Positions 9,922 to 19,709 of a DNA stretch of 64,000 bases are shown here, in pieces. Position 1 is the first letter of the stretch; each line of letters opens with the position of its first letter. Origin of the DNA: a plasmid. The stretch is from sequence record CP121101.1. One strand, 5' to 3'. The notes beneath the pieces were generated by a model. The model had not been told where the DNA came from. It did not search any database and worked only from the letters and a program-made list of their open reading frames with translations. A program made the position numbers and the translations under genes.

Positions 9922-11437
9922 AACAGCTCCTTAATTTGTTCAGCAGCAGAGTGAATATCGCATATCCCAGCCCTTACTTTTTTAAGTGCATAGTGCTTAA
10001 TATTTTTCCAGCCATTCTCCAACAAGTGGATCTTCCACGCCAACGCATCACCTTTAGCTATGAATTTACGGTCGTCATCTGTTAAGACGATGACCTCCAT
10101 TACCAAGGTTCTACCTTTTTCACCTTCAACACATTTGCTGCAACCATTACTATTCTTTACTCGAGCGAGGTGTAGATCTACACCCAGAGCTCTGCGCAAA
10201 ATAGCCTGCTGTTCTTCGGTTGCCTTTTCATGCGGAATTGAACAGTACGGGCAAAGAACCCTGATTAGCCTCTGATGAGCGAAGACTGAGAATACATCAG
10301 GGCTACTGGCGATTACTGACGGCACGCGTAAATGTTCTACCAGCTTGGTTGCAAGACCGGTTGCACTTGAAGTATGTGTGGTTCCGATTAACAAGTGCCC
10401 GGATTCTGAAAGGTGAGTAAATTCCGCGGCGCTTTTTTGGTCACGCACCTCACCAAAATAAATGACGTCAGGATCTTGCCTGAGCATTACTTTTCCGTAA
10501 TACGCAAGTCACGCTCTTTACCTTTCTTTGTCAGGCCATAATCAATTCGCGTTTGAGAAACCCCATCCAAACTCCATTCAGGTGGGTCTTCAAGCGTATT
10601 GATATTGCGGCCATCATCAATAGTTGATAGCCCCGCCATAGCTACTGTGGTTTTCCCTGAACCGGTGGGTCCAGAGAAAAAAACGGCCCCTTGAGGCTGC
10701 TTGAATGCATGCTCAATGATTTCAATGTGATCTTCGTCCATCCCCATATCTGCGAACGAAGGAATATCGTCCCTAATGGGTGTCAGTAATCGCAGTACGG
10801 TTTTGGTACAGTCTTTATCGTCGCTACTGCTACTAACAGGTAGCATTGACGTCCGCCAATCCCATGCTTTTTGAACATTATTTACAGAGATAATCTTACT
10901 AAAGCTTCCAGCATTTGGAATTAACGCTGAATAGCTTTCTTCTGAACCGCTGTGACCATTAAATACATAAGCTGTTAGTTCTGCCCCATATTCTTTTGTC
11001 TGAGGTGCAGAGATATCAATCAAACGACCATCAATACGACATTTTATTATTGTTTTCTTTCCTTTCACCAAAATGTGTATATCAGATCCCCCCATTCTAA
11101 TACACCTTGACAGCAATCCCATCAAGCGGTCTTCAACTTGTGTTGGTGCGACATCAGTGGCGTTCTTAGCACTTTGTTGGACTGTGTCGACACTTTGAGT
11201 TGAACCGACCTGCAAAGCATTCAGTACTACTTCGCTATCAGCAAGATTAATATTCGGCTCCTTACCATGCAGCTGAACCTTAACCTTAGAAATTATTGTA
11301 TTTAAGTTATCACTCTTTGGATCTGATGTGTAAACGACCCAGTTCTCATCAACGAAGCAGCTTTTGTCCTCCCGGCAAAGTGCTAAGATTTCATCATCAT
11401 CAATTAATGACACAGTGTTTTTAATTGCCATGTTCAT
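9918..11437 (-). pseudogene. pilQ: PilQ-like GspE-family pilus assembly ATPase, frameshifted at 10487
   Basis: Walker A FSGPTGSGKTT lies in ORF 10487..11437. The Asp-box/Walker B LRQDPDVIYFGEVRD, the His box GHLLIGTTHT and the Cys motif CPYCS...CSKC lie in ORF 9918..10487. A single ATPase domain is therefore split between two frames. Confidence 0.7.
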
Positions 11438-11453
11438 ATTAACATCCGGTTCC

Positions 11454-12182
11454 TCAATAGACCATATTTATGCAGCGAGATGACTTTCCATATCTTGCGC
11501 ACAATTGCCTATCATTCAGGGAGATAATCTTAATACCATCTATTGTCTTACCTACCAGAGCAGGAATCATTCTTCCAGACTCACCAATAGAAACATACGC
11601 GGTCAGCCTCCCATCTACACGGGCCGCATATCGAAGAATGAGTCTGTCAAGTTTGCTACCAGGCTGGTCCATCTCCTTAGGCTCATTAAATGCGATTCCA
11701 GTTCCTACCGGCATTGGATTGCTAGAGGACACGGTTGCGCCTACAGGCATTTCGTCCTGAAGCAAGAATGCCCCAGAAGGTGGGGTGCTTTCCGCTGGCT
11801 TCTCTGCTGCTACTTTTTTCTTTGCGGCATTAATCTCAATCAGCTCTTCCACCGTGTTTGTTGCCAGCAAGGCCTCTGCCTTAGCCCTTCTTTCTCCGAG
11901 GCTCATCAGCTCTTGTATGTTTTTTGGCAGCTTCGGCATCTTCACTGCAGCCGGGGGGTCAATCACACTTTGGCTTGCCATATCGCCCCCTCCAACTACA
12001 GCGGTTGATGCCGGCGCCCGCTGCTCTGACTGTGCGATAAGAGCATTGAGACGCTCATTCCGCTTTTCCTTTCTATTTTCTTGAGCCTGATATAAATAAA
12101 CCGCACTGGCACATGCTACTGACAGCAACCCTAAATATGTTACCAACTTTTTAGTGTTATATTTATTTTTGTTCTCATTCAT
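11454..12182 (-). CDS. pilP: PilP-like pilus biogenesis protein
   Basis: N-terminal TM anchor and coiled region, positioned between pilO and pilQ. Confidence 0.4.
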   Translation of the reverse strand: MNENKNKYNTKKLVTYLGLLSVACASAVYLYQAQENRKEKRNERLNALIAQSEQRAPASTAVVGGGDMASQSVIDPPAAVKMPKLPKNIQELMSLGERRAKAEALLATNTVEELIEINAAKKKVAAEKPAESTPPSGAFLLQDEMPVGATVSSSNPMPVGTGIAFNEPKEMDQPGSKLDRLILRYAARVDGRLTAYVSIGESGRMIPALVGKTIDGIKIISLNDRQLCARYGKSSRCINMVY

Positions 12183-13003
12183 TGTGAGCCACCTCCAAAC
12201 TGAATTACCGCATTATTGAGGGTGCAATCCCCTTCCTTGCTAATGCTGAACGTTGCTGATTCCAATTTTATTGGCATTCCTTTCATCGCATTACCAAGCT
12301 CGCTAATGAACCAAGGATTAGCCTTTGCGATGGTCAGGCTGGCCTTTCTACTTGCCCATACCCCATTAGCTTCTATGGGTTCATAGCTTGCTTTCAAACC
12401 TGATATCAACGAAAGCTTTGAAAACAAATCAAAGACTGTATCATCAAGAACCTTGAAATTGGCATGATGTGAACTCCAATAGGAACTCAGAGGGATAGCT
12501 ACTCGAATAAATGGTGATGACCCGCTGAATGACATAGATAGGTTATTTTTTTCAGTCCATGCATTTATCACTTGTCTATCGATCACAACTTCAGGCAACA
12601 CCATATTGATGCTGCCTATTTCGATGGTTCCCGCAGGCAAATCCGTGACAACGGGAATTGTTCCAAACTTTGCACACGTCACACCAAACTCACTGATCGC
12701 ATCACCCGCAAGTTGCACATCTGTCCATGCTGCGCGATAGGCATACCAGGGATCCGTTACTTCCGGTGGCGGCGGTGGTGGCGGTTCAGGCCATAGAAAC
12801 CAGGTAACAGCTGCAATAACAGATATACAAACAAGTGATGGTTTAACCATTCTTGCCAATGCAGAACCACGAAACTCAACGAGCTCGAAGTCATCAGGCC
12901 TTAAATTTAAAGCCTCAATTATCGTTGTTTCTATGCCATGAACAGATAATTCGGTTGTAGAAAAAATGCGGTCAGATGGGTGTACCTGCAACCACTCAGA
13001 CAC
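12179..13003 (-). CDS. pilO: PilO-like pilus biogenesis protein
   Basis: Operon position between the secretin and pilP. TM helix PSLVCISVIAAVTWFLW followed by a PPPPPPP linker. Confidence 0.4.
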   Translation of the reverse strand: MSEWLQVHPSDRIFSTTELSVHGIETTIIEALNLRPDDFELVEFRGSALARMVKPSLVCISVIAAVTWFLWPEPPPPPPPEVTDPWYAYRAAWTDVQLAGDAISEFGVTCAKFGTIPVVTDLPAGTIEIGSINMVLPEVVIDRQVINAWTEKNNLSMSFSGSSPFIRVAIPLSSYWSSHHANFKVLDDTVFDLFSKLSLISGLKASYEPIEANGVWASRKASLTIAKANPWFISELGNAMKGMPIKLESATFSISKEGDCTLNNAVIQFGGGSQ

Positions 13004-13305
13004 AATTCCGTAGCATCGACGACTTCATCACGACGAATATCTCCAGCGTCCCAGAGAACGCATCGATAGGCGCGGTCTGAAGCAATAATGCACACCCATT
13101 TCCTGGGGGTGTCTTTCACTTCGTGAATTAGTGCCTCAGCAATGCATTCGCCCCAAGCAATATCAGCCTCATCAGAGGCTACCCGCGTTAGCAGTTCTCC
13201 ATTCTCGAATATCCGCTCATACTTAGCCGGATACTCCACCCGCCACCGCTTCAGGACTTCTTTTTGCTTACCACCATGCGGCAGAGTAGTTCTGATAGTT
13301 CCCAT
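12931..13305 (-). CDS. small hypothetical protein between pilN and pilO (overlaps pilO start)
   Basis: ORF only; overlaps pilO by 73 nt. Confidence 0.2.
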   Translation of the reverse strand: MGTIRTTLPHGGKQKEVLKRWRVEYPAKYERIFENGELLTRVASDEADIAWGECIAEALIHEVKDTPRKWVCIIASDRAYRCVLWDAGDIRRDEVVDATELCLSGCRYTHLTAFFLQPNYLFMA

Positions 13306-13309
13306 GGCT

Positions 13310-14821
13310 CTATATCCGCTTAGGGGTGATCAGAACAATTGTTTCTGTCATGCTACTTTCACCTGAGTTCCCACCCAAGAATGAATTCTTAAATACAGAT
13401 GTCTCATCAGACTTATTTGACTTCTGTTTGTATCCATTAAGCACGAGGGTTTCGCCATATTTAAGGCCAATATCTTGATCAAACTTTATTTCTTGAACTT
13501 GCGGCGGCGCCCGAATTGTTACACCGCTCACTTCTGTATCATCCCATTTAATAACTTTTGATAGAACTCCAGAAATTTGGAGGTTTACCATATCATCTGA
13601 TATATTTGGCATCACGGACATTGTAAGGCCATCACTTACAACGGCATCTTCAACTTCAACGCTTGCATCGGCATTTTCATTTGGTGTAACTGTTACTCTG
13701 GCAATATATGTCAGTTTTTCCGAGTTATCTATTGAGGCCACTCTGTTATTTCTAGCAACAGTTCTTGGCTCATATTCTACACCAACATGCCCTTGAGTTT
13801 GCAGTGACTTCATCAGGATGGTTGTTCCATCCCATTTTGGATTTGTCGAGGTAAATGAAAATCCATAATTCCCTGAATCACCTAGGGTTGGCAGTGATGG
13901 ACCAGCAAACTGCAGCTTACCTTCTGAAAGATTTCGTATAACATTCCAATCAATGCCAAACGCAGAACCTTTGCCTCCTTTGAATTGGAGAACCTTTACT
14001 TCAATCATCATTACCTGGCGAGCTATTGCCTGTTTTCTTGATGAAATATAGCTCTCAACCAGGCTCATACGATGCGGGGTTGTTCTAACAAGAATAGAAG
14101 CAGTCGAGGAAGTTACGATTACATTCCCTTCTAATGGGTTCTTATCATCCTTACTTGCACCGTCACGCCTCAGAATCGACTCTATAGCAGCTAAATAGTC
14201 ATCAAACGGATTTATGTCGACCACTTCAGTGGTTGCGTAAGTATCCGAATTCCCAAGAGAGCTTGTAATTGTTCGGTTTGCTAATCCCTCACCGCTATTA
14301 TTTACTGAGTTAGCCTTGCGGCCAAAGAGGAATGAACTTTTTCCCAAGAGTGAATTTAACTCAAATACTTTTGTGACATATCGTTCAAAATTAATTTTGT
14401 TCCCAAGAACACTAACGGAAATGTCAGCTTTTGCTGCGATCTCATTTAGCGCCCCATTCACATCCCCCTGATAATCCACAGAAATAATTTTGTCTTGGAC
14501 CACATCAGGTCCATAGTTAACTGATATTTTCTGATCGGCCGATTGCAGCAAGTTCCTTACTGCAAAGCTAAGCGGTATATTTTGGCCTTGAATGGTGGCG
14601 GGCTTTCTGACCCACCAAGGGGCCCCCTCACCGATTGTCGGATTCAAGTCCAAAGGGGGCTTGTCGATATAGATACTTTTAGAGGATTCATGCTTACCCT
14701 CATACGCCTTAATTTGTCCAAGTGTATCGTTAGCAGCATTTTTCTGCTCCAAATGATCCGTGGCACCACACCCTGAAAGAGCTATGATAACTGCTGTTGC
14801 AATAGCACTGCGCGATTTCAT
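13310..14821 (-). CDS. pilN: PilN-like secretin lipoprotein
   Basis: Lipoprotein signal IALSGCGATD; 503 aa. The C-terminal secretin-like region ends ...SMTETIVLITPKRI. Confidence 0.6.
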   Translation of the reverse strand: MKSRSAIATAVIIALSGCGATDHLEQKNAANDTLGQIKAYEGKHESSKSIYIDKPPLDLNPTIGEGAPWWVRKPATIQGQNIPLSFAVRNLLQSADQKISVNYGPDVVQDKIISVDYQGDVNGALNEIAAKADISVSVLGNKINFERYVTKVFELNSLLGKSSFLFGRKANSVNNSGEGLANRTITSSLGNSDTYATTEVVDINPFDDYLAAIESILRRDGASKDDKNPLEGNVIVTSSTASILVRTTPHRMSLVESYISSRKQAIARQVMMIEVKVLQFKGGKGSAFGIDWNVIRNLSEGKLQFAGPSLPTLGDSGNYGFSFTSTNPKWDGTTILMKSLQTQGHVGVEYEPRTVARNNRVASIDNSEKLTYIARVTVTPNENADASVEVEDAVVSDGLTMSVMPNISDDMVNLQISGVLSKVIKWDDTEVSGVTIRAPPQVQEIKFDQDIGLKYGETLVLNGYKQKSNKSDETSVFKNSFLGGNSGESSMTETIVLITPKRI

Positions 14822-14823
14822 GA

Positions 14824-15726
14824 TCAGTTCCCCTGCACAAAATAAACGTGTTGTGTTGACTTCAGTAGCTGTGGTTGGACTGGGTATGATTCGATCAACG
14901 CATTAAGTGCTGATGCTATATCCCCTCTTTCCGTGACGATTGGCCAGCTTGACGATACGTAATAATCCTGAGGACGCCAATCTTGTATTGTCGTATTCCA
15001 CCCATAGGACTTGGTAAGACGAATTGCATTTTCTTTCAGGCTGCCGGCAGTGACATTAAATGTCTGTACCAACACCCCTGGAACGTGTATTACGGCACTT
15101 TTACTCATAGCGTCGTAGCTAACAATGAATTTTGAATTTGTTTCATTGCCAAATGCGCTTTGCGCGTCGGATATTACCCCTTGGAAGTCATACGCAGAAA
15201 AGTGCGTTTTCTTTGGTATAGATGAAAAGCCAGTAGGCACTCCCCCTGGGAAATAATAGAGAACTGTTTTATACCCGTTATCTCTAAACCATCTCGATAA
15301 AGCACGCTCCCAAGATTCACCAGCTCGAACAACCATAGACAACTTTTCTACTGTGATGGCAGGCGGCTTTGTTTCATTAATTGGAACGAACACCTTCCCA
15401 CTCGTCACAACAGGAGCCAGAGGTTTCATCAACTCTTGGGGCGTGCTTGCCATTGGATTCGATGCTGATGCAAGCATCGGCTTCTTGGTATTACTTGCCG
15501 TCGCAACAGGGGTCCATTGGTGCTTAGTTGTTACCTGCTCAACTTTTTGTTGAACAGCTGCAGCCAAGTCATTCTGCTCCGCTCCAACAGTGTTATATAC
15601 GCCGGTGTCGTTCTGGCTGCGCGTCGACACGATCTGCGGGGCGCTGTGGTCTTTTAGTACGTTGTTCGGGCTGCACCCTCCTACCAAGGCTGCAGCTACC
15701 GCCACCGACAGGAGCTTCAGTCGCAC
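14824..15726 (-). CDS. pilL: PilL-like lipoprotein
   Basis: Lipobox LVGGCSPNN; first gene of the pil cluster, as in R64/PAPI-1. Confidence 0.45.
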   Translation of the reverse strand: MRLKLLSVAVAAALVGGCSPNNVLKDHSAPQIVSTRSQNDTGVYNTVGAEQNDLAAAVQQKVEQVTTKHQWTPVATASNTKKPMLASASNPMASTPQELMKPLAPVVTSGKVFVPINETKPPAITVEKLSMVVRAGESWERALSRWFRDNGYKTVLYYFPGGVPTGFSSIPKKTHFSAYDFQGVISDAQSAFGNETNSKFIVSYDAMSKSAVIHVPGVLVQTFNVTAGSLKENAIRLTKSYGWNTTIQDWRPQDYYVSSSWPIVTERGDIASALNALIESYPVQPQLLKSTQHVYFVQGN

Positions 15727-16290
15727 TTGATGATCTCCGTCGCTGTGATTGTCGCGGATCGATCCCTTTCATGTATCTGCGGAAGAAGCGGCAATCCAGC
15801 CAGGAACGCTTCAAGAGCCTTTATCGGCTCTTTTTTATCGACCTCAAAACCGGCATCAAACTGCCAATCGCAGTGAGCCGGTACGGTCTTAGACCAACGG
15901 ATTGCCTGCAACCCCAACGCAAAGCGGAGGCTCTCCAGCTGTCCACGTAGTGATCCAGGATGCACGCTGAAGTAACGCTGTTCTCGGTCCCGACGAATGA
16001 AATTGATCGATCGCCTGCTGACGGTCATTGATGATGTGACGTAGGCGAGTAATCTGCCCGGTGATCCGCGCGTTATGCTTGGCATACTCATCACGCAAAA
16101 GGGCCAGGTCGTTCTGTAGCAGTTCGATTTCAGTGTTGAGCTCTATGAGCGTTTTGTCGCCATAAGTATCACGTGCCATCTCCGCCATTGGCGGAGTTCT
16201 CCTCTCAGGCCGTGTGTCGCCTGGTGAAGCCTGCACCTGCGATATCCCCAGCAGGGCAACGACACTGAATGCCAAAACACTTTTTCTCAT
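15717..16290 (-). CDS. secreted coiled-coil hypothetical protein; two overlapping ORFs suggest a frameshift
   Basis: Signal peptide MRKSVLAFSVVALLGISQVQA at about 16290. ORFs 15889..16413 and 15717..16094 overlap in different frames. Confidence 0.3.
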
Positions 16291-16434
16291 AGACGCCACC
16301 GTATAGAAAATCCTAGGGGGCGTTATACCGCACTCAAGCGGAAATAATTGCACAGCTAAAATGGGGGGGGTTTTCTGAACGGTCTCGAGATAGGAGGAAA
16401 AAAAACCCGCCAATTACTTAGGCGGGTTCTGGGT

Positions 16435-16755
16435 TTATGTGTTTTCCATCTGGCGTTGTCGCTGATGGATTCGGCTTGGCGTGAACTGACCAGACCATAC
16501 AAGCCCGGTGTCTATCGTGACCTCTTGCCGTATCCTGATCTTCATGCTCTCACCGCTCATGTCTTGGATCGTCTCAAGTAATCTACTCTCAACAGAGTGC
16601 AGGAACTCGAGATCCCTCATAGCAACTTTGAGTAAGGCTTTCTGTCGTTCTTCTCGCAATTTTGCCTTGCGATTTCGCATTTCAAATATGCATGGGATCG
16701 CGACAGCGATAACGGCGAAGAACCCAGAAATCAAGGCCACTGTGATAGTTTCCAT
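16435..16755 (-). CDS. small membrane protein
   Basis: N-terminal TM helix ITVALISGFFAVIAVAIPCIF. Confidence 0.3.
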   Translation of the reverse strand: METITVALISGFFAVIAVAIPCIFEMRNRKAKLREERQKALLKVAMRDLEFLHSVESRLLETIQDMSGESMKIRIRQEVTIDTGLVWSGQFTPSRIHQRQRQMENT

Positions 16756-16766
16756 AGTGCCCTTCC

Positions 16767-17012
16767 TTAGTATTCATCACTCATGATGATTGTTGTGGTG
16801 CTGCGGTCTGCCTCAGTGATAACCCATATCCTACCTTGGCCTTTATCAGCCGGCAGGCTGGATAGAACCCTCTCATCATTGCTGATAGCATCAAGGTTCT
16901 TAAGTCTCTGTGCATGGCTCCACAATAACCCCTCTCGATGAGCGTCAAGCAAAGCTGATGACGATATGCCCAGGCGTTCAAGTGTTTCCATAGCGACTGG
17001 AGTGGCCCGCAC
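16767..17012 (-). CDS. hypothetical protein
   Basis: ORF with a start overlapping the stop of the upstream ORF. Confidence 0.25.
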   Translation of the reverse strand: MRATPVAMETLERLGISSSALLDAHREGLLWSHAQRLKNLDAISNDERVLSSLPADKGQGRIWVITEADRSTTTIIMSDEY

Positions 17013-17067
17013 GTTCCTAAATTAAACATTTGTAGTTCCTGTTTCTGTGCCCTGGAGGCTTAAATTG

Positions 17068-17337
17068 TTAAGCCGCCTTCTCTGCAAGCGCGTTCGCAAG
17101 CAGCAAGGGCCACGCAGGATCGACACTGTTCAATGCCTGAATGACTTGATCAGCATCTAAAACGCAAGATGTGAATGTTGAATTAAGTTTGTCTATGTCT
17201 GCGGCCGGCGATCTCACAACTGTTCTTATGAAGTTGCATCCTTCGCCTGGGTTCACGCTTGCATAAACGTTGGATTCCCCCAGCCTTACAAGCTGGCCAG
17301 TAGAGATAAGTTCTCCAGTTTTGGTTACTTCGAACAT
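17068..17337 (-). CDS. hypothetical protein
   Basis: ORF only. Confidence 0.25.
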   Translation of the reverse strand: MFEVTKTGELISTGQLVRLGESNVYASVNPGEGCNFIRTVVRSPAADIDKLNSTFTSCVLDADQVIQALNSVDPAWPLLLANALAEKAA

Positions 17338-17656
17338 GATTATGCCTCGTTGAATTTGGTTTTAATCCCGGGTTGGTGTTGGTCACGAGTGACACATTGC
17401 GGACCGAGTGCCATAAGACAGCCTTGGGCTGTTTCTGCATGTACGCTGACGCCGGAGAATAACCGGTGAACGGACATGCAGAATCAGCCTACGAGGGCTT
17501 GGGTGATGGATCACAGGTGGAAGTACCTGCAGAGTGCAGGTAGAGTTGATGTTGGTGCCAGGCCGGGCGGCCTGTCCCCACGTAGGCACCGAGGACTTAT
17601 ACAGAATAACCTAGCGGACTAATATCTGGCAATCTGGTACAGATTTAAAAATTGAT

Positions 17657-17681
17657 GGCCATGCATAAATGGCATGGCCAT
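17657..17681 (-). terminator. rho-independent terminator of the H-NS-like gene
   Basis: The 9-bp perfect stem TGGCCATGC/GCATGGCCA is followed on the minus strand by TCAATTTTTAAAT. Confidence 0.55.
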
Positions 17682-17686
17682 CACAT

Positions 17687-18088
17687 TCAGATGAGGAAAT
17701 CGTCCAGCGAGCGCCCTTGTGCTATCTGCTCAGCCAAGTGCTTCGGGGTGCGCCCCTGACCTGTCCAAGTCTGTTCGTTTCCATCAACAACATAACGATA
17801 CTTGGGCGGTCTCGGAGCGCGTTTTTTCTTTTCACTAGAGTTTACGCCTGAAGCATCCCCGACAAGTTCTTTGGGGTCGATGCCGGCCTTGGCCAGCAAC
17901 TCCTGGAACTCTGCCAACTTACTCATTCGTTCTGATTGAGCAGCCTTTTCTTTGTCTACTTGAGTCTTACGTTCCAAGTACACCAACTCGAATTTTTCGT
18001 GGGCCTCTTGTACTTGTTCAAAGGGCAGATCTCGAAGTGCTGCCCGGAGGCTTCGAATATTCAACAGCATTTTCAAAAATTCTTGCAT
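17687..18088 (-). CDS. H-NS family nucleoid-associated protein
   Basis: N-terminal coiled coil plus the C-terminal DNA-binding motif TWTGQGRTPK. Confidence 0.8.
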   Translation of the reverse strand: MQEFLKMLLNIRSLRAALRDLPFEQVQEAHEKFELVYLERKTQVDKEKAAQSERMSKLAEFQELLAKAGIDPKELVGDASGVNSSEKKKRAPRPPKYRYVVDGNEQTWTGQGRTPKHLAEQIAQGRSLDDFLI

Positions 18089-18920
18089 GTGTGATCCCTA
18101 CTAAAAAATTCAACGGAAAGAAACTAACTATTAATGCTCAATAATTGTCACTCTCCGCTTACCCCATTCTGAGAGTTGTCTATAAACGACTGCGCATCAG
18201 CTTTAGATTATATTGATCTCATAAAAATGAAAATGATATTTTTCATGTTTCGGATACTCTGAGTATTTTTTCTACCCCCACATCACCCATCATGCCCCCA
18301 GATTGGTAACTTTGGCTATATGATCCGATTCCACCCCGGCAGTGGCCCGCGGCGACCAAGACGGAACAACCGATTGGCAATAGCACTGAAGACATACCGC
18401 ACTGGTTGGTAGCCTTAGAGCAAGCCACCAGAACATAACTGCGGTGTTCGAGCCCTACACTTGACGAATCACTGGTTGGCTGGGCCGCCGCAAACACTTG
18501 TGGACGGCTTAGTTCCACAGCAATGCTTTGCGGCACCCTTGAGCCACAATGGGCCGCGACTTGCAAGAGCTCCCCTACAACCCAAACTGAATAATCTGCT
18601 CTGGTGGCGGTTAATCTTCAAGAACATCATCAATCTACCCACCAAAGTGCCGACCAACCTAGTGCTGGGTCTCACCCTAATAACCATTCAACCGAATTAA
18701 TTTTTGTATAGATTGATTGGGCAACTATTTTGTAATTGAGGAACGTCTACCATTCTACGTATTGCCAATCTTGCAAGCGCAAGATTGAATCCGATATCTA
18801 TATCCTGCTCAGGGTATCGAGCGCCCCTCAACTTTATAACTACATTTAAATTACTACCGGTTGTGAACTCAGACCATACGAGTGTATCTTGCTTACAACC
18901 AAAATAGTCCAACAGGGCTA

Positions 18921-19481
18921 TTACATTCTTAGCATAAACACCCTTATAATTACTAATAGCAACTGCATCGGCGAAGTGTTTATATGCTTCAAAGTATTCC
19001 CCTTCTCAACTCCCAACCTTCCAATGTAGCTATATGATGCAGCTAACCCCTCATGAGATAAAGTTTTGTCACCAGAACTAAACTTAATAAATTCAACAAA
19101 CTGCTCCGACTGAGTTTTTGTCAGTTCAAACTCATCCAGATTAACCATGGCCGGCAAATTGACAATAATATTTGCGTCATTTTTTTCCATTCCTGAAAGA
19201 AATGCTTTTTTGGCTAACTTTACCCACTCCAAACGCTCTTCTGTTACATAACAAATCCGGGATGAAAAACGTTCACAGTTTGGTTCCATAACATCAAGCA
19301 TTCTTCGCTCATCAAGATGCTTTATTAAGGCATTTCCATAAACAGTTAAATTGATTGCATTATCCATGCTTTGATTGTGGTACTTATCAACAAGTCTCAC
19401 TCCCTCATAATCTGTGTCTTTGCACCCGCAGAGAACAGCACCCAGGACCACCATACAAAAAGTAATCTCAAATTTATTCAT
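18921..19481 (-). CDS. lipoprotein (possibly frameshifted, may continue into 18697..18912)
   Basis: Lipobox VLCGCKDTD. A C-run near 18960 and a downstream ORF in another frame suggest a split. Confidence 0.35.
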   Translation of the reverse strand: MNKFEITFCMVVLGAVLCGCKDTDYEGVRLVDKYHNQSMDNAINLTVYGNALIKHLDERRMLDVMEPNCERFSSRICYVTEERLEWVKLAKKAFLSGMEKNDANIIVNLPAMVNLDEFELTKTQSEQFVEFIKFSSGDKTLSHEGLAASYSYIGRLGVEKGNTLKHINTSPMQLLLVIIRVFMLRM

Positions 19482-19709
19482 ATTTCCCTACCATTCCTTC
19501 ATACATAAGTAATTACCGATAGCACTACGCTTTTATCGTCCATGCTCTCTTCGATATAATCTGCATGAAAATCCGAGCTATCTTACAAATAAAACTCCCG
19601 ATCCTCATGGGGACCTACGAGTATGCTTGGTGCAGAACTATCAGTGCTGATTCTCCCGCTATTTTGTCTAATGCAAGGCTGTCATCGACTCAACACCGAG
19701 TTATTCAGG

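Noticed and set aside
9500-10487. Treating the pilR and pilQ halves as genuinely separate genes coupled by ATGA overlaps.
   Set aside because: The Walker A and Walker B motifs of one ATPase domain lie in different frames, so a frameshift is the simpler explanation.
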